From contig NC_092671.1 of assembly GCF_964355755.1 (NCBI RefSeq), positions 35,536,304 to 35,600,303 on the forward strand: 64,000 nt of DNA, written 5' to 3'. The stretch comes from Antedon mediterranea. Lineage: Eukaryota; Animalia; Echinodermata. Positions 13,001 through 24,700 of the stretch are shown here, one piece after another; the stretch's first letter is position 1; every line of letters starts with the position of its first letter. Made by a program: the position numbers and the translations under genes. Below the pieces are notes generated by a model. It was given only the letters and a program-made list of their open reading frames with translations, ran no database searches and was not told the DNA's origin.

Positions 13001-13681
13001 TTATATTGCTCCACAACAATCATCACGTCACTGATGTGTTGAGTTGACTACAGACTACATGTTTAGAATGTGTTTAGAACCTATGTTTCATATATAAACA
13101 TGTTTAAGGCTAAATGTGTCGAAAAGTGGGTACAAATACATGTTTTTTAAGATCTAAGCACTATTACAGTGTAAAGATGTAGCTAAACCTTACTAACGAA
13201 GAGTAAGAGTTAACTTTCTTTCTGGATTGTTTGATTTAACCATAAACTAGTTTGGTTAATTATTCTGATCCCGGCAACATGCTATATTTCGAGGAAATGG
13301 ATGGATACCATAATTCTACAAAAGTGTAGTATTATGCATTTGTTTAAGTGATATTTTAAATAGATTTTTCAGAGCCCCAATAGAAACTTTCCTAGGCTAT
13401 TCCTTGCTTTCAGAGTTTCCAATTTTCCTTCTTAAAGAGTTTTTGTTTATTATCTTAATAATATAAATTAAACACAAAAAGGCAATAATTTTATGGGTAA
13501 TGGGTAAATAATTTATAATCCAATCAATCTAATTTTCGAAAAAAAACCCCATTTATGATTAGTATATTACAACTTACTTTCTAGACAACACGTTCTTGGC
13601 TCCCAGCTCAAGACTACTACTGGAATTCACCAGAAAAAGACACAATAAGCCTAGCACAAAGTGAGACGCGAAATGCAACAT
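7051..13681 (-). CDS. Type I membrane receptor with degenerate EMI domain and multiple EGF repeats (MEGF10/draper/SCARF-like), ~649 aa
   Basis: Exons 13681-13578 (signal peptide MLHFASHFVLGLLCLFLVNSSSS), 11980-11891, 11604-11504, 11327-10559 (EGF repeats CxNGGxCxPVTGECxCxPGWxGxxC), 10162-10077, 9033-8868 (TM IALIVVCGTLSVFVVIALIC; alternative in-frame acceptor at 9102), 8365-8268, 7586-7051. Phases are all compatible (1950 nt). Confidence 0.85.
7265..7408 (-). repeat. 72-bp in-frame tandem duplication in the cytoplasmic tail (PPYSPSADVSPPFEVNGLSREGSL x2)
   Basis: Units 7265-7336 and 7337-7408 differ at one nucleotide. Confidence 0.95.
9680..9930 (+). mobile_element. tRNA-derived CORE-type SINE
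   Basis: B-box ggttcgaatcc at 9688-9698, CORE-like tccttaggaaagacactt...caggtgtataaaatgggtacc, (TTA)n tail. Confidence 0.7.
10327..10487. mobile_element. hAT-like MITE
   Basis: Termini CAGGGCCGTAGC / GCTACGGCCTTG; target-site duplication not clear. Confidence 0.5.
12790..13165. repeat. Dispersed repeat rich in ACATGT/ACACGT motifs (second copy ~21850-22170)
   Basis: Shared gtttatagctacatgttgttttcctccactcgttt...agtcaacatgtcactattatgttca in non-homologous introns of the two EGF receptor genes. Confidence 0.7.
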
Positions 13682-14004
13682 TTCGAATTCTTATTTCGAC
13701 CAGGTCGCATCCGACATTTCCGACATCGCAACGCTTTCTAATAAACTCACACAATTACAATTTTCATTGAGTAAGTGTTTCTGTTTCGAATTTACTTCCT
13801 TCTTTCGATGGCAAATAAATAACCTATCACCTCAAAGGTGATTAAAGTTATATTGTCTTGTGTCCAAGTTTCATAAAGTATGAAAATTCGTCTTATTTTA
13901 GAGCATTATAAAAATACATCTGGAGCTGCAACATTTTGAAAAATAATATTAATAGTACATTTTTGTAAAATATTCTTACATATATATTCGTCATTCATGT
14001 TGTT

Positions 14005-14378
14005 GAACAATATCGATCGACGATAAATATATAAGCATGCATATTTTTTTTCAATAAAATAAAAGAAATTAGAAAGGTTTTCGTTCTAGAACTATAGGAT
14101 AATCATTTATGCTGTCTTTGAAAAAAATAATATTTTAAAAATTCCAATCATATGACGTCATGATGAATAAAAACAATAAAATCGTTGTACTGTCACGATA
14201 TTATAATCATGACGTCATTTGATTGGACGTGTGAAAATATCATTTTCATCAAAGGAAGGGTAGATGGTTATTCTATAGTTCTAGAATGAAAGTTTTTTGT
14301 TTTGTTTTATGTATGAAAAATTCCTTTGTCTATTTATCGTCGATCGTTATCGTTATCCTCCTAGTGTAAATGGACCTT
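14005..14378. mobile_element. MITE family B (Harbinger-like), left end eroded
   Basis: Internal inverted repeats ttctagaactatag / ctatagttctagaa and atcgacgataaata / tatttatcgtcgat; homologous to 54635-55082. Confidence 0.75.
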
Positions 14379-14843
14379 TATACCATGGGTAACTACATTC
14401 TCATTCTAACCGCCAATATCAATTCAGCCAATGAAAGTAGGCCTATACCTAACTGTTATACTTTCCCCCTCACAGATATTTGACGATGAAATAAAAATGC
14501 GTTAAACAATAAGTAGTTCTCTGAAATCCTCTCTATAATAATTATAAACATTAGTCAACAGTTGTCTTAAAATACTACAGAAACCAAAAGTATCTGTCAT
14601 TCAAGTTAATTTCAGTTTTTTTTAACTATCGAACTAATTACGATCGAATCCAACGCTTATTGTTTCGCAAAATAAACTATGCCTAAATTAAAAATATAAT
14701 GCAAATACAAGTATTTTACACGTTCAAATTTAGCTATAAATGATAATTCACATTTTAACTGTAAATCAATATATTCTCAAAGTACTTTGTTCTACTAAAA
14801 AAGTAATACAACCTCGTTAATAACGGAAAGATAATTGTACAAA

Positions 14844-17621
14844 CTTAGATGGTTCTCGAATACATAGTAATTTCAGCGTAAAAAAACTGGCGATTTCAAA
14901 TGTACGTACGGCAGGACTATAAAACATTGTCGCTTACAGAAACAAATAAATAGACACAATGAAATATGTAATCAACCAAAATTAGCACCTAGAAACTTGT
15001 CACAAAATGAGTCGAAATTTGTTATTTGGACTCATTTAAACAAACCCAATTTTGTTAAATTATTCTTTATATATCTTTATTATCCAATCAGTAACGAAAT
15101 ATTTTTTTTATAGGCCTATAAATAATATAGGCCTACTACTAAATAGAGTAAAACATTTCCGATTTAATACTTTATTAAAACTGTCACTGTCTCATGGTCG
15201 ATTGAAATAGTAAAGTACATTTAAAGACCACTAATACGTTTATATTTTTGTAATTATTAATTAATACAAACGTTGAGAAACAACTGACAGTAATAAAGTA
15301 TTATATTATTATGTGTTTATAATCTAAAAGTAGGGGCTACCCACACTCACAGTGATAACGTTTATTAGTATATTTGTTTATATTATATCTAACAGTACCA
15401 ACACACTTTTGATTCAAATGGCGATCAAAAGTGGTTAATACCTATTTGCAGTATTGTATAGCATTACAATACAATTTTTGTTTATTCTCCAAGGGTCTAT
15501 AAATTTACCTACTTGTGTTAAACCATGGAGGTATGCAATACTGTACTCGAGCTGTTCAACCGGTTTTCAGCCATTAAAAACAGTTATCGTAGGAGGAGAT
15601 AGGAAAATGCGAAGCATCATCGTATTATTGTATGCGGGTATTTTTCACGATGGACATGTATTAGACAGTGTATACCACGATCGGAAAACACCCCTATTTG
15701 GGGCAAATCGTTGAACCTGAATTCATTTTAATTGTCAATAACTAATTATCTGACTCAATTTAATTAGTAAACAGGGTTACATCAGGTGGTTAAAATCAGT
15801 ACCGAAAGTACGAACCAACTTTATATACCATCGAGTAAACATTCTAGAAGTAACGCGCGATTTACCGAATTTTGCCCTTACGTAAATTTATATATAGACT
15901 AGATGGTACTCTCGCTTCGCTCGCGTACCATCTAGGTCGTGCCCACATATGGTTCTCGAATACATAGTAATTTCAGCGTAAAAAAACTGGCGATTTCAAA
16001 ATGTAGGCCTACGTACCGCATGACTATAAAACATTTATTTATGTATTTATGTAGTCAACCAAAATTAGCACCGTGCGAATTACTTCCAAAAGAGAAACTT
16101 CTCACAAAATGAGTCCAAATGTTTGATTTGGACTCATTTAAACAAACCCAATTTGTGTTTTGTATCTAACATTATTGAGGGTTGGGTTTTTTTTAATAGG
16201 CCTATAAATAATATAACACTAAATAGAGTAAAACATTTCCGATTTAATAACTGTTAAAATTGTCACTGTCATAGTCGATTGAAGTAGTAAAAGTACATGT
16301 AACGATACACCACCACGACGTTTATATTTTTTTGTAATTATTAATTAATACAAACGTTGAGAAGCAACTGTCAGTAATAAAGTATTATATTATTATGTGT
16401 TTATAATCTAAAAGTAGGGGCTACCCACACTCACAGTAATAAAGTTTATTTGTATATTTGTTTATATTATAATAAACAGTAGGCCTACCAACACACACAA
16501 TAAGAAATTTGCGATTCAAATGGCTATCAAAAGTGGTTAATACCTATTTAGAGTATTGTATAGCTTTACAATACTATTTACTTCCAAAAGAGAAACTTCT
16601 CACAAAATTAGTCCAAATGTTTGATTTTGACTCATTTAAACAAACCCAATTTGTGTTTTGTATCTAACATTATTGAGGGTTGGTTTTTTTTTTAATAGGC
16701 CTATAAATAATATAACACTAAATAGAGTAAAACATTTCCGATTTAATAACTGTTAAAATTGTCACTGTCATAGTCGATTGAAGTAGTAAAAGTACATGTA
16801 ACGATACACCACCACGACGTTTATATTTTTTTGTAATTATTAATTAATACAAACATTGAGAAGCAACTGTCAGTAATAAAGTATTATATTATTATGTGTT
16901 TATAATCTAAAAGTAGGGGCTACCCACATTCACAGTAATAAAGTTTATTTGTATATTTGTTTATATTATAATAAACAGTAGGCCTACCAACACACACAAT
17001 AAGAAATTTGCGATTCAAATGGCTATCAAAAGTGGTTAATACCTATTTACAGTATTGTATAGCTTTACAATACTATTTATGTTTATTCTCAAAGGGCCCA
17101 TAAATTGACCTACTTGTGTTAAATCATGGAGGTATGCAAGCATGGTTAAACCAAATAATTTGGAATGTTCCATTCATCGCAAATCAATACATTTGTATAA
17201 AATTATATTAAATCTATCAAAATAGTATTTTTTTAAGAAAATCGGCCTGTCTTCAACATTATGATACTGTACTCGAGCTGTTCAACCGGTTTTCAGCTAT
17301 TAAAAACAATTATCGTAGGAGGAGATAGGAAAATGCGAAGTATCCTCGTATTATTGTGTACAGGTATATTTCATGAGGACATCCATTAGACAGTGTATAC
17401 CACGATCGGGAAACACCCTATTTGGGGCAAATGGTTGAACCTAAATTCGTTTTAATTGTCATTAACTAATTATCTAACTAAATTTAATTAGTAAACAAGG
17501 TTACATCAGGTGGTTAAAATCAGTACCGAGATTCTAACCAACTTATTATACCATCGAGTAAACATTCTAGAAATAACGCGCGATTTACCGAATTTTGCCC
17601 TTACGTAAATTTATATATACA
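14844..17621 (-). mobile_element. Head-to-tail dimer of a non-autonomous Helitron
   Basis: Two homologous units (14844-15898 and 15899-17621). The minus-strand junction reads hairpin-CTAG|TCTATATATAA, i.e. a 3' terminus fused to a 5' TC terminus. The second unit has an internal 498-bp tandem duplication (16081/16579). Confidence 0.75.
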
Positions 17622-18001
17622 TGCAATGCGTTTGGTTATCATTCGATCATCTGTGAAATCGAGCGCCAGCTTGTCCGATGAAGATTACTCTTCGTACCCC
17701 ACAAAAGGAACAATCCTTTCTACAGACTTAGCTGGTACAGTTCGTTCATGTTTTCGAAGATTGGCCGATGGTCATCAGAAGCTATAAAGATAGCAATTAT
17801 ATTTTTATTAAATCCATTTTACAAGATAATATTAGGGAAGAGTGAATTCCCCGATAACATGTATCATTTTTTAAGTTTGTTTCTTTATTTCCATTTACAC
17901 CAAAAAACATAAACAAAAATAAATATTCATAAATAAATAAATAAATATTCATTACAAAAATGAAAGAATGAAAATATATAATAATCAGAAACACCTCATG
18001 T

Positions 18002-18109
18002 AACTGAATTTATTTATTTATTCAAATTGCTTCGAAGAACTGAATTTATTTATTTATTCAAATTGCTTTGAAGAACTGAATTTATTTATTTATTCAAATT
18101 GCTTCGAAG
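18002..18109 (+). repeat. 36-bp tandem repeat x3
   Basis: aactgaatttatttatttattcaaattgcttcgaag repeated three times without spacers, abutting the 5' truncation point of a LINE. Confidence 0.95.
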
Positions 18110-18925
18110 AATGGAGAATAGGATAATAAATCCGTATCTAGTCATTGTCATCTGGGGGTCATGATTAATAGTGAACTTACTTGGGATGATCATGTAAACT
18201 TAATTATTTCTCGTTCAAATCGAATGTTGGGTTTTATTACTAGTATTGCAGGAGGATCATCCCCTTCAGCTATTTTCTCACTCTATAAAGCTCTCATTGT
18301 CCCCATCCTTGAATATGGTGTCCCAGCGTGGTTGCCTCGAACCAAAAAACTTACAGAACGTATCGAGGCAGTCCAGCGAAGGGCTACTAGGCTTGTCCTT
18401 AAACAAACAAGAGGTGAAATGGAATACGAGGAACGTCTCACTAAGCTAAATTGGCCTACACTATCTAATCGAAGAAATTATCTTCTGTTATCCTTTGTTT
18501 GTAAATCACTTATTGGAACGGTTGATTGTAGTAGTGTTCGTCAATCTTTAGTTGTTAATGGCCGTCACCTTGATACACTTAAGTTCATTCATCACTATGC
18601 TCGAACCAATTGTCTTCATCATTCCGCTATTAATATATTCCCTAGGTTGTGGGAAGAATTACCGGAAATGATTAAAAATTCTTTAATTTTAGACAGTTTT
18701 CAAATATTTTTAAATTCACTTAAATCACATGTTTTATATTGACTTTGTTGAATCGACTATTATGTATTTTATCCGTTTATTTTATATTGACACTGTTGAT
18801 TCGTCTATATGTTTTTTAAATATTTTTATATAGTTTATTTTATATCATTGTTGTTACTTTGGGAGTACGGAACCTGAACTCTTGTTATAGTGATTAGGTT
18901 CACTTTTAGGTTCCTGCCTACTCCC
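18110..18925 (+). mobile_element. 5'-truncated CR1/L2-group LINE (C-terminal part of the RT ORF plus 3' UTR)
   Basis: ORF 18161-18742 carries HLGVxIxSxLTWxxH, LYKALIVPILEYG..W, IEAVQRRATR, YEERLxxL, PRLWEELP motifs typical of this region; terminal hairpin gggagt...actccc near 18861-18925. Confidence 0.9.
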
Positions 18926-19666
18926 TTAGTTTCTGTGTTTTGTTTGTTTGTAACTGGTTTTTTTGGCAATAAATAATAATAATAATAATAATAAACACAA
19001 TGAAATATATAGCCCTACAATGGCACAATGGCAAAACATATGGAAAAATATATACAATGGCAAAATAAATGTAATATATATTACACTTTTATAAGTACAT
19101 ACCTCTACTATTTTTACTTTTTTACTTATATATTTTATATGAAAGGAAAGCAATGGCCATGATAATGATTAAAGCAGCAGACGACACACACACAGTAGCA
19201 ACTGAATTCGATGAAAGTAGCGGCTGTGTTGATGAGTTTGTTGTTGTTGGTGCCTTTATAACCGGGGGTGTAGTGACAGTTGTTAGCGGTCGTTGGTATA
19301 ACTCAGGCTTCAGATCTACATAGAATGAGAACATCCACATTTGGTGTAAAGTCAGATCTCAAGGATATCAACATGAAATCTCTCTTCAATCATAATTCAT
19401 TGACGGAAATGTATTAATATACTATTCAAGTTCGGATATAATAAGGACAACAAATTATTCATAAATTTCATTTAGGATATAATAATTAATAATAGGCCTA
19501 TCAAGTGTTCCATAATTATAATTTGAAATTGTTATTTTGGAAGTTACCTGTTGTATTTACTGTTGTGGTGATCAGATCATGTATAGTACTTTCTTTTGTT
19601 GTTGTCGGTACTGAAAGAATACAGATATTAACATTATTGTTAATTTAAATAAATAAACCTTGATTA

Positions 19667-19788
19667 CAAAAAGTGATGTGCCCATATATGGACATGATGA
19701 TGTCATATTACTACCATATTTGGGCATATCACTACCATATTTGGGCACATCACACTTTTTTTGTCAAACTAGTTTGATAGTGTAAACG
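19667..19788. mobile_element. MITE family A, partial copy
   Basis: Internal core and one degenerate TIR (agtttgatagtgtaaac). Confidence 0.8.
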
Positions 19789-21575
19789 GCATGGTATAAA
19801 GACCATAAATAAATAATTATTCACAATAGTATATGGTATTGATTAGTTATCAATGATAAATTAATTATTTAAATCGTTTATTAATCAATACAAATGTGTT
19901 TACAAAAAATTATATTTTCTTACCGAAATCATATGTTTTATCTAATATTGTGGTGATTAGATCATATACTGTAGTTTCTTTTGTTGTTGGTACTGTGGAT
20001 ATAAGTATATGTATTTGTCAGATGATTTTACTATAAAAACGACTTCTTCGAAACCAAAAGATACCATCGAAGTCTGGACCCCAATGGAATTAAGTATTTT
20101 ACTTTTGGGATATTCATCTAACTCTAGTCTTACTGCTTTTATAATTTTTAAAATATTTATAGCCTATTGTAGGTTTTTGTCTTAATAAATAAAATCAATC
20201 AATCACAGTATTGTATTGACTCATCATGCTTTATAAATCATTTTAAATCATATAAGTTTGATAATTTGATTTTACTTTAACAACTAAAATGTTATGAATT
20301 ATTATTAAACATGCCTTACATTCTTTAATGCTTACGGTTGAAAACTGAATAATTTCAGGTTCCAGCATACTACATATAAAAAAACAAAATACACGATACG
20401 ATTAATTTGAAATTGATAATTTTCCTAATATGGTTTGTTAAATATGCGCTCGTTTGGTTAATAAAACAGGAAGATATCAAATATATAATTGCCATCATGA
20501 CAACAGTGATCAAATGAACGCCTGGCTAGAGTTGTAGAGGTAGTGGGGTTGAGAATACAATTACGTAACAATTGGGCAACATCAGAATAATCAGATTAAT
20601 TCATTTTAATTACCAAAATGAGGCAATGTCGTCCCATACATGTCTTGACGAACACTTGCAAGTTCCATCTTCATTGCAACCGTATGCTTGGCATTTCTCT
20701 GCACAGCCTGGCGGTTGATCATTCCGTACAGATTCCTCACAGTGTTTACCACCCCAACCAGCAACACAGTAACACTCACCAGTCTCTGGATGACATGTAC
20801 CACCATTAATGCATAGACACGTGTGTACGCAGTCTGGCCCCCAATTTACACACCGTTTTTCACAGTACTTTCCTTCGTATCCAGGCTGGCAAGCACATCG
20901 ACTATAATCAACAGTGTTTTCATTCTCTTTTCATTTTCATGTTTCGGCAACAATTTGGAAACCAGCCGCACTGTACGTCTGTACCATCAGCACATATCTC
21001 AGAACAGTCACGGTCACCGTAGCCAACATCACACTGACATTCACCTGTAAGAGGATGGCAACTATCCGCGCAATCACTGCAATGAAGATCACAGTCTTTA
21101 CCGTACGTTCTACGAGTACACTCCTCAGCACATGTTACTCCTTTCCAGCCTGGAGCGCAGTCACATTCGCCAGTGACCGGGTCACATGTACCACCATTAC
21201 TACAACTCGGACATTTGTGTTGGCAATCTTGACCGTAGACGCCTACTGGACATGGTTCACTACAGTACTCACCAGTCCAACCGTCAGAGCAAATGCATTC
21301 CATGTCACCATTGTTACGACAGCTACCTCCATTCTGACAACAAAGAGTTCAAAGTTCACGACTGCATGTTTCGATAAGTCCTTTCTCTTTTTCACAATCT
21401 GTAAACAGTTTAAATAGTTTAAAGAAATAATAACACGCAAGGAGCAAATATTGAATGTGATGTGAAAATGATTTTCAACAAATGTTTGTTTAGAACAGCA
21501 GTAAGTTTTTTGTTTTTGTTTTATTTTTTGTGGTTAATTAATAATTAATGATTTCAAATAATATCTAATTTTTTC

Positions 21576-21790
21576 AATTCAATTCAACTTTTACTTTAGA
21601 CAATTGTCCATATGGTATAATGCATTACAAAAAAAAAAAGATGAAGGAGAGAGGACCAACACTTTTATTTATTGGTATATAATGCCTCTCTCCATTTGTA
21701 GTACATGTTTGAATCCATCAACACATATTTATATATACAAATTAAAATTCTGTTTTCGCTTTTCATTATTCTTGTAAGAAATGTTGGTGT
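21576..21790 (-). mobile_element. LINE 3' end fragment (same family as 38850-39180)
   Basis: Reverse complement of the 38990-39180 sequence with a (TTGAA)n tail. Confidence 0.75.
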
Positions 21791-24700
21791 TGTAAAATCA
21801 CTATAATATACAATGTACAAATAGTGTTTAGATCTTTTGTATTTGTACCAACTTTTCCACACATTTAGTCTTAAACATATTTAGATATGAACATGTTTAA
21901 ATACATTCTAAAAATGTAGTGTGTATCTATTTTGTGCCCCTTTTCTCATACATTTAGCTTTTAAACACGTAGTTACATGTTTAGCGTGTTTAAAACCTAA
22001 ACGTGTTTATAGCTACATGTTGTTTTCCTCCACTCGTTTATCAGTCAACATGTCACTATTATGTTCAGTCAACATGTTTAGGTACGTGTTTACCGTTGCA
22101 TGTGCAGGCTAAATGTGTGGAAAAAGTGAGTACAAAATACATGTTTAAGATCTAAACAATATTTAACACGTTATTATGATTATGATTATTATGATTGATT
22201 AAAGTTCACAGAAACAAAACCAAATAATAATTATTATTCTCTATATTTTAGACCTGGTTCAAATTTGCAACTTACCATGCATATAAAATACTATACAGTA
22301 TCGCCATTTATAGCATTACATTAATATTCATATACATTACTATTATTATTAAGGTACTTACCGTTTTCACAACTTTCTTCAGATTCATAAAATCCAGGGT
22401 GGCAATACAACTCAGTTTCTATGTATTGATTGCAAACATCCCGAGTTTGTGTAGTTATTCCACTGAATTTATATAATATAGTATGTTAGTACGTGACTTG
22501 AATTATTGTTTACGATTTGTCGATAACAACATGCTAATGGTTAGTAGTATAGACAACACATTATATTTACGTTATTATTCTGCATTGGATAATACCACTT
22601 CTGTAACCACCACAGTACTCAAGGTGGTATTCTTCAACCTCAACCAGTATAGTGGAAATCCTCCACTTTGTAACACTAAGAAAAACGAGAAAAAGTTACA
22701 TTATATAAGTGTAAAGGTAATAAGATAAGAGGATAAATTAATGCACATAAGTCTGGACAATAGCTGTAGAAATTGTTTGAGAATCACAACCCGACCACTT
22801 TAAGGCAATTATTTTAGTGTGTTAATTGTAGGTGGATATGTTTTAATCTATTTACACAGATAAGCAGTAATAATAACGGTAATAATAATTAAGAATCTAT
22901 TATTACTACTTATTATTTAGTACTTATAACAGTTTACACAAAACCTGAAGAGGACAGGCGGTTTACGCTCAGGTTAGATGCAGATTCTACGTGGGACAAG
23001 CTACGCTTACCGTACTGTAAATTGGCCTTAACTCTCGTCTCTTAATATTCAACTACATTCAGTAAAATAAGGCTAACTTGGAATAATCAATGGATATTAC
23101 TGACATTTAACGACAATTAGATTCTCCTTGATTCTTTTACCTAGTATATACTATTTTATTTACTAAAATAGTAATTAAAAATATTATTACACAACTTACT
23201 TTCTGGACAACACGTTCTTGGCTCCTAACTTAAGGCTACTGCCTACATTCACCAGTAATAAACAGATGAAGCTTAGCAGCACCAAGGATGACATAAAATG
23301 TGGCATCTCGGTCTCTTATTTCGGCAGGAGGCAATGTCAGAATGCTTTAGGCTTATATTTACATTACTTTTCAATGATACTTACTTCCGTATTTTCTACC
23401 GGAACTACAGGAACACGTATCGATAGTCGATGGTAAAATAAAAATAACAAATAGACCTAATGTATGCATGTGTGATAAATTAAAAAAGAAGACAGGCAAA
23501 ATAAAAAACATTACTGATTTGGGTTGAAAGATCGTGCCGCTATTTTCATTAAGATATAATAAGAAGTATAATATACAGTTTAAAGCTATACGGGTTGTGA
23601 TATATTATATTATTTGTAGTATGTAGGTGCGTCTTTTCATTGTGTGACGTAACTAGTAATTGACGAAATAACCGCTCTTAGAGAAACTACACTTCGACAG
23701 AAATAAAGATAAATTATCAGTAAACTTGACAGTTTGTTTATCAAGTTCTATTTATCCGTAAAAATGTAATAAGGTGCTACACTACTGTTTTTTAACTGTA
23801 ACTGCGAGTAAACTTTTTAGAATAAGAGATACAGGAAATTCGTTGCTCACGTGTTGAATCGGATGTACCGGAAGGAGATACAATGTAATGAAAACAAATT
23901 AACAGATTCAGCATGAACTTTTGAAGTTGCTACAATTTCCACCTATAATAAGCCCATACATCATATACAACTAGACAACACATAGTAGGCCTACACTCAA
24001 ACTAAAATATGATGAAAATAAATGTATAAGGGCAAAACATAGACTGAAAAAACAATGTCAAACATATAGATAGTAAATGGCCAACATAGTAAGAATAGTA
24101 TTTTAAAAATGTTAAGGTTTAGAAATAGTGGAATTAAACAAATGTAATACAAGGCCAAAACATACAATTTAGCATATAATATGGAAACTATGTTAAACTT
24201 AAAATGAATCGTGAAGGTAAATAAGTTTATATATGTGTGCATGTTTGTGCCTTTTAACTACTTTATTGAATTGTACAATTTTATATTTTTACAGAAATGT
24301 ATATATAGTATATATGTATTAGTGTAATGTACATAATATATAATGAATAAATGTTGGTGACCCCACGAAAAAGAATAAATACCCAATACAGTTTTGATGA
24401 AGTTGTTTGTTTTGTGTCACGCGCACGTTTGAAATGAAGTTATGTCCAAAACCACCCAACAAACATTGGAACTGACCATTTTTGCTCTAACACTGTCATT
24501 CTTTACCATGGGCATTGGGAATTTTAGTTTGTTTATACAATTTTCGGGAGCTCATTTTACTTTAGCTGAAAATCTTGGAACCAGGAAAACTAAAAATGTT
24601 GTTTTTTGAAAATGGATATTATTATTTTTTAGTAAAATTAATGCCAGAGGCCTTTTCTCATTGAAAAATTAAATAAAATGAAATGATGTCCCCTCGCTGA

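Larger units (their letters stand above)
19122..23306 (-). pseudogene. Paralog of the 7051-13681 EMI/EGF receptor, disrupted
   Basis: Homologous exons 23306-23200, 22675-22571, 22462-22362, 21398-20614, Thr-rich exons 19992-19924 and 19610-19548, TM exon 19315-19122. In-frame TGA at 21351-21349 and a net +7 nt replacement at 20917-20939 that frameshifts the EGF exon. Confidence 0.8.

Noticed and set aside
18002-18109. 36-bp repeats resembling a CRISPR array
   Set aside because: No spacers, eukaryotic context, no cas genes; a plain tandem repeat.
21349-21351. In-frame TGA in a Cys-rich exon as possible selenocysteine
   Set aside because: It does not align to a Cys of the paralog, lies in a micro-duplication, and a separate frameshift follows.
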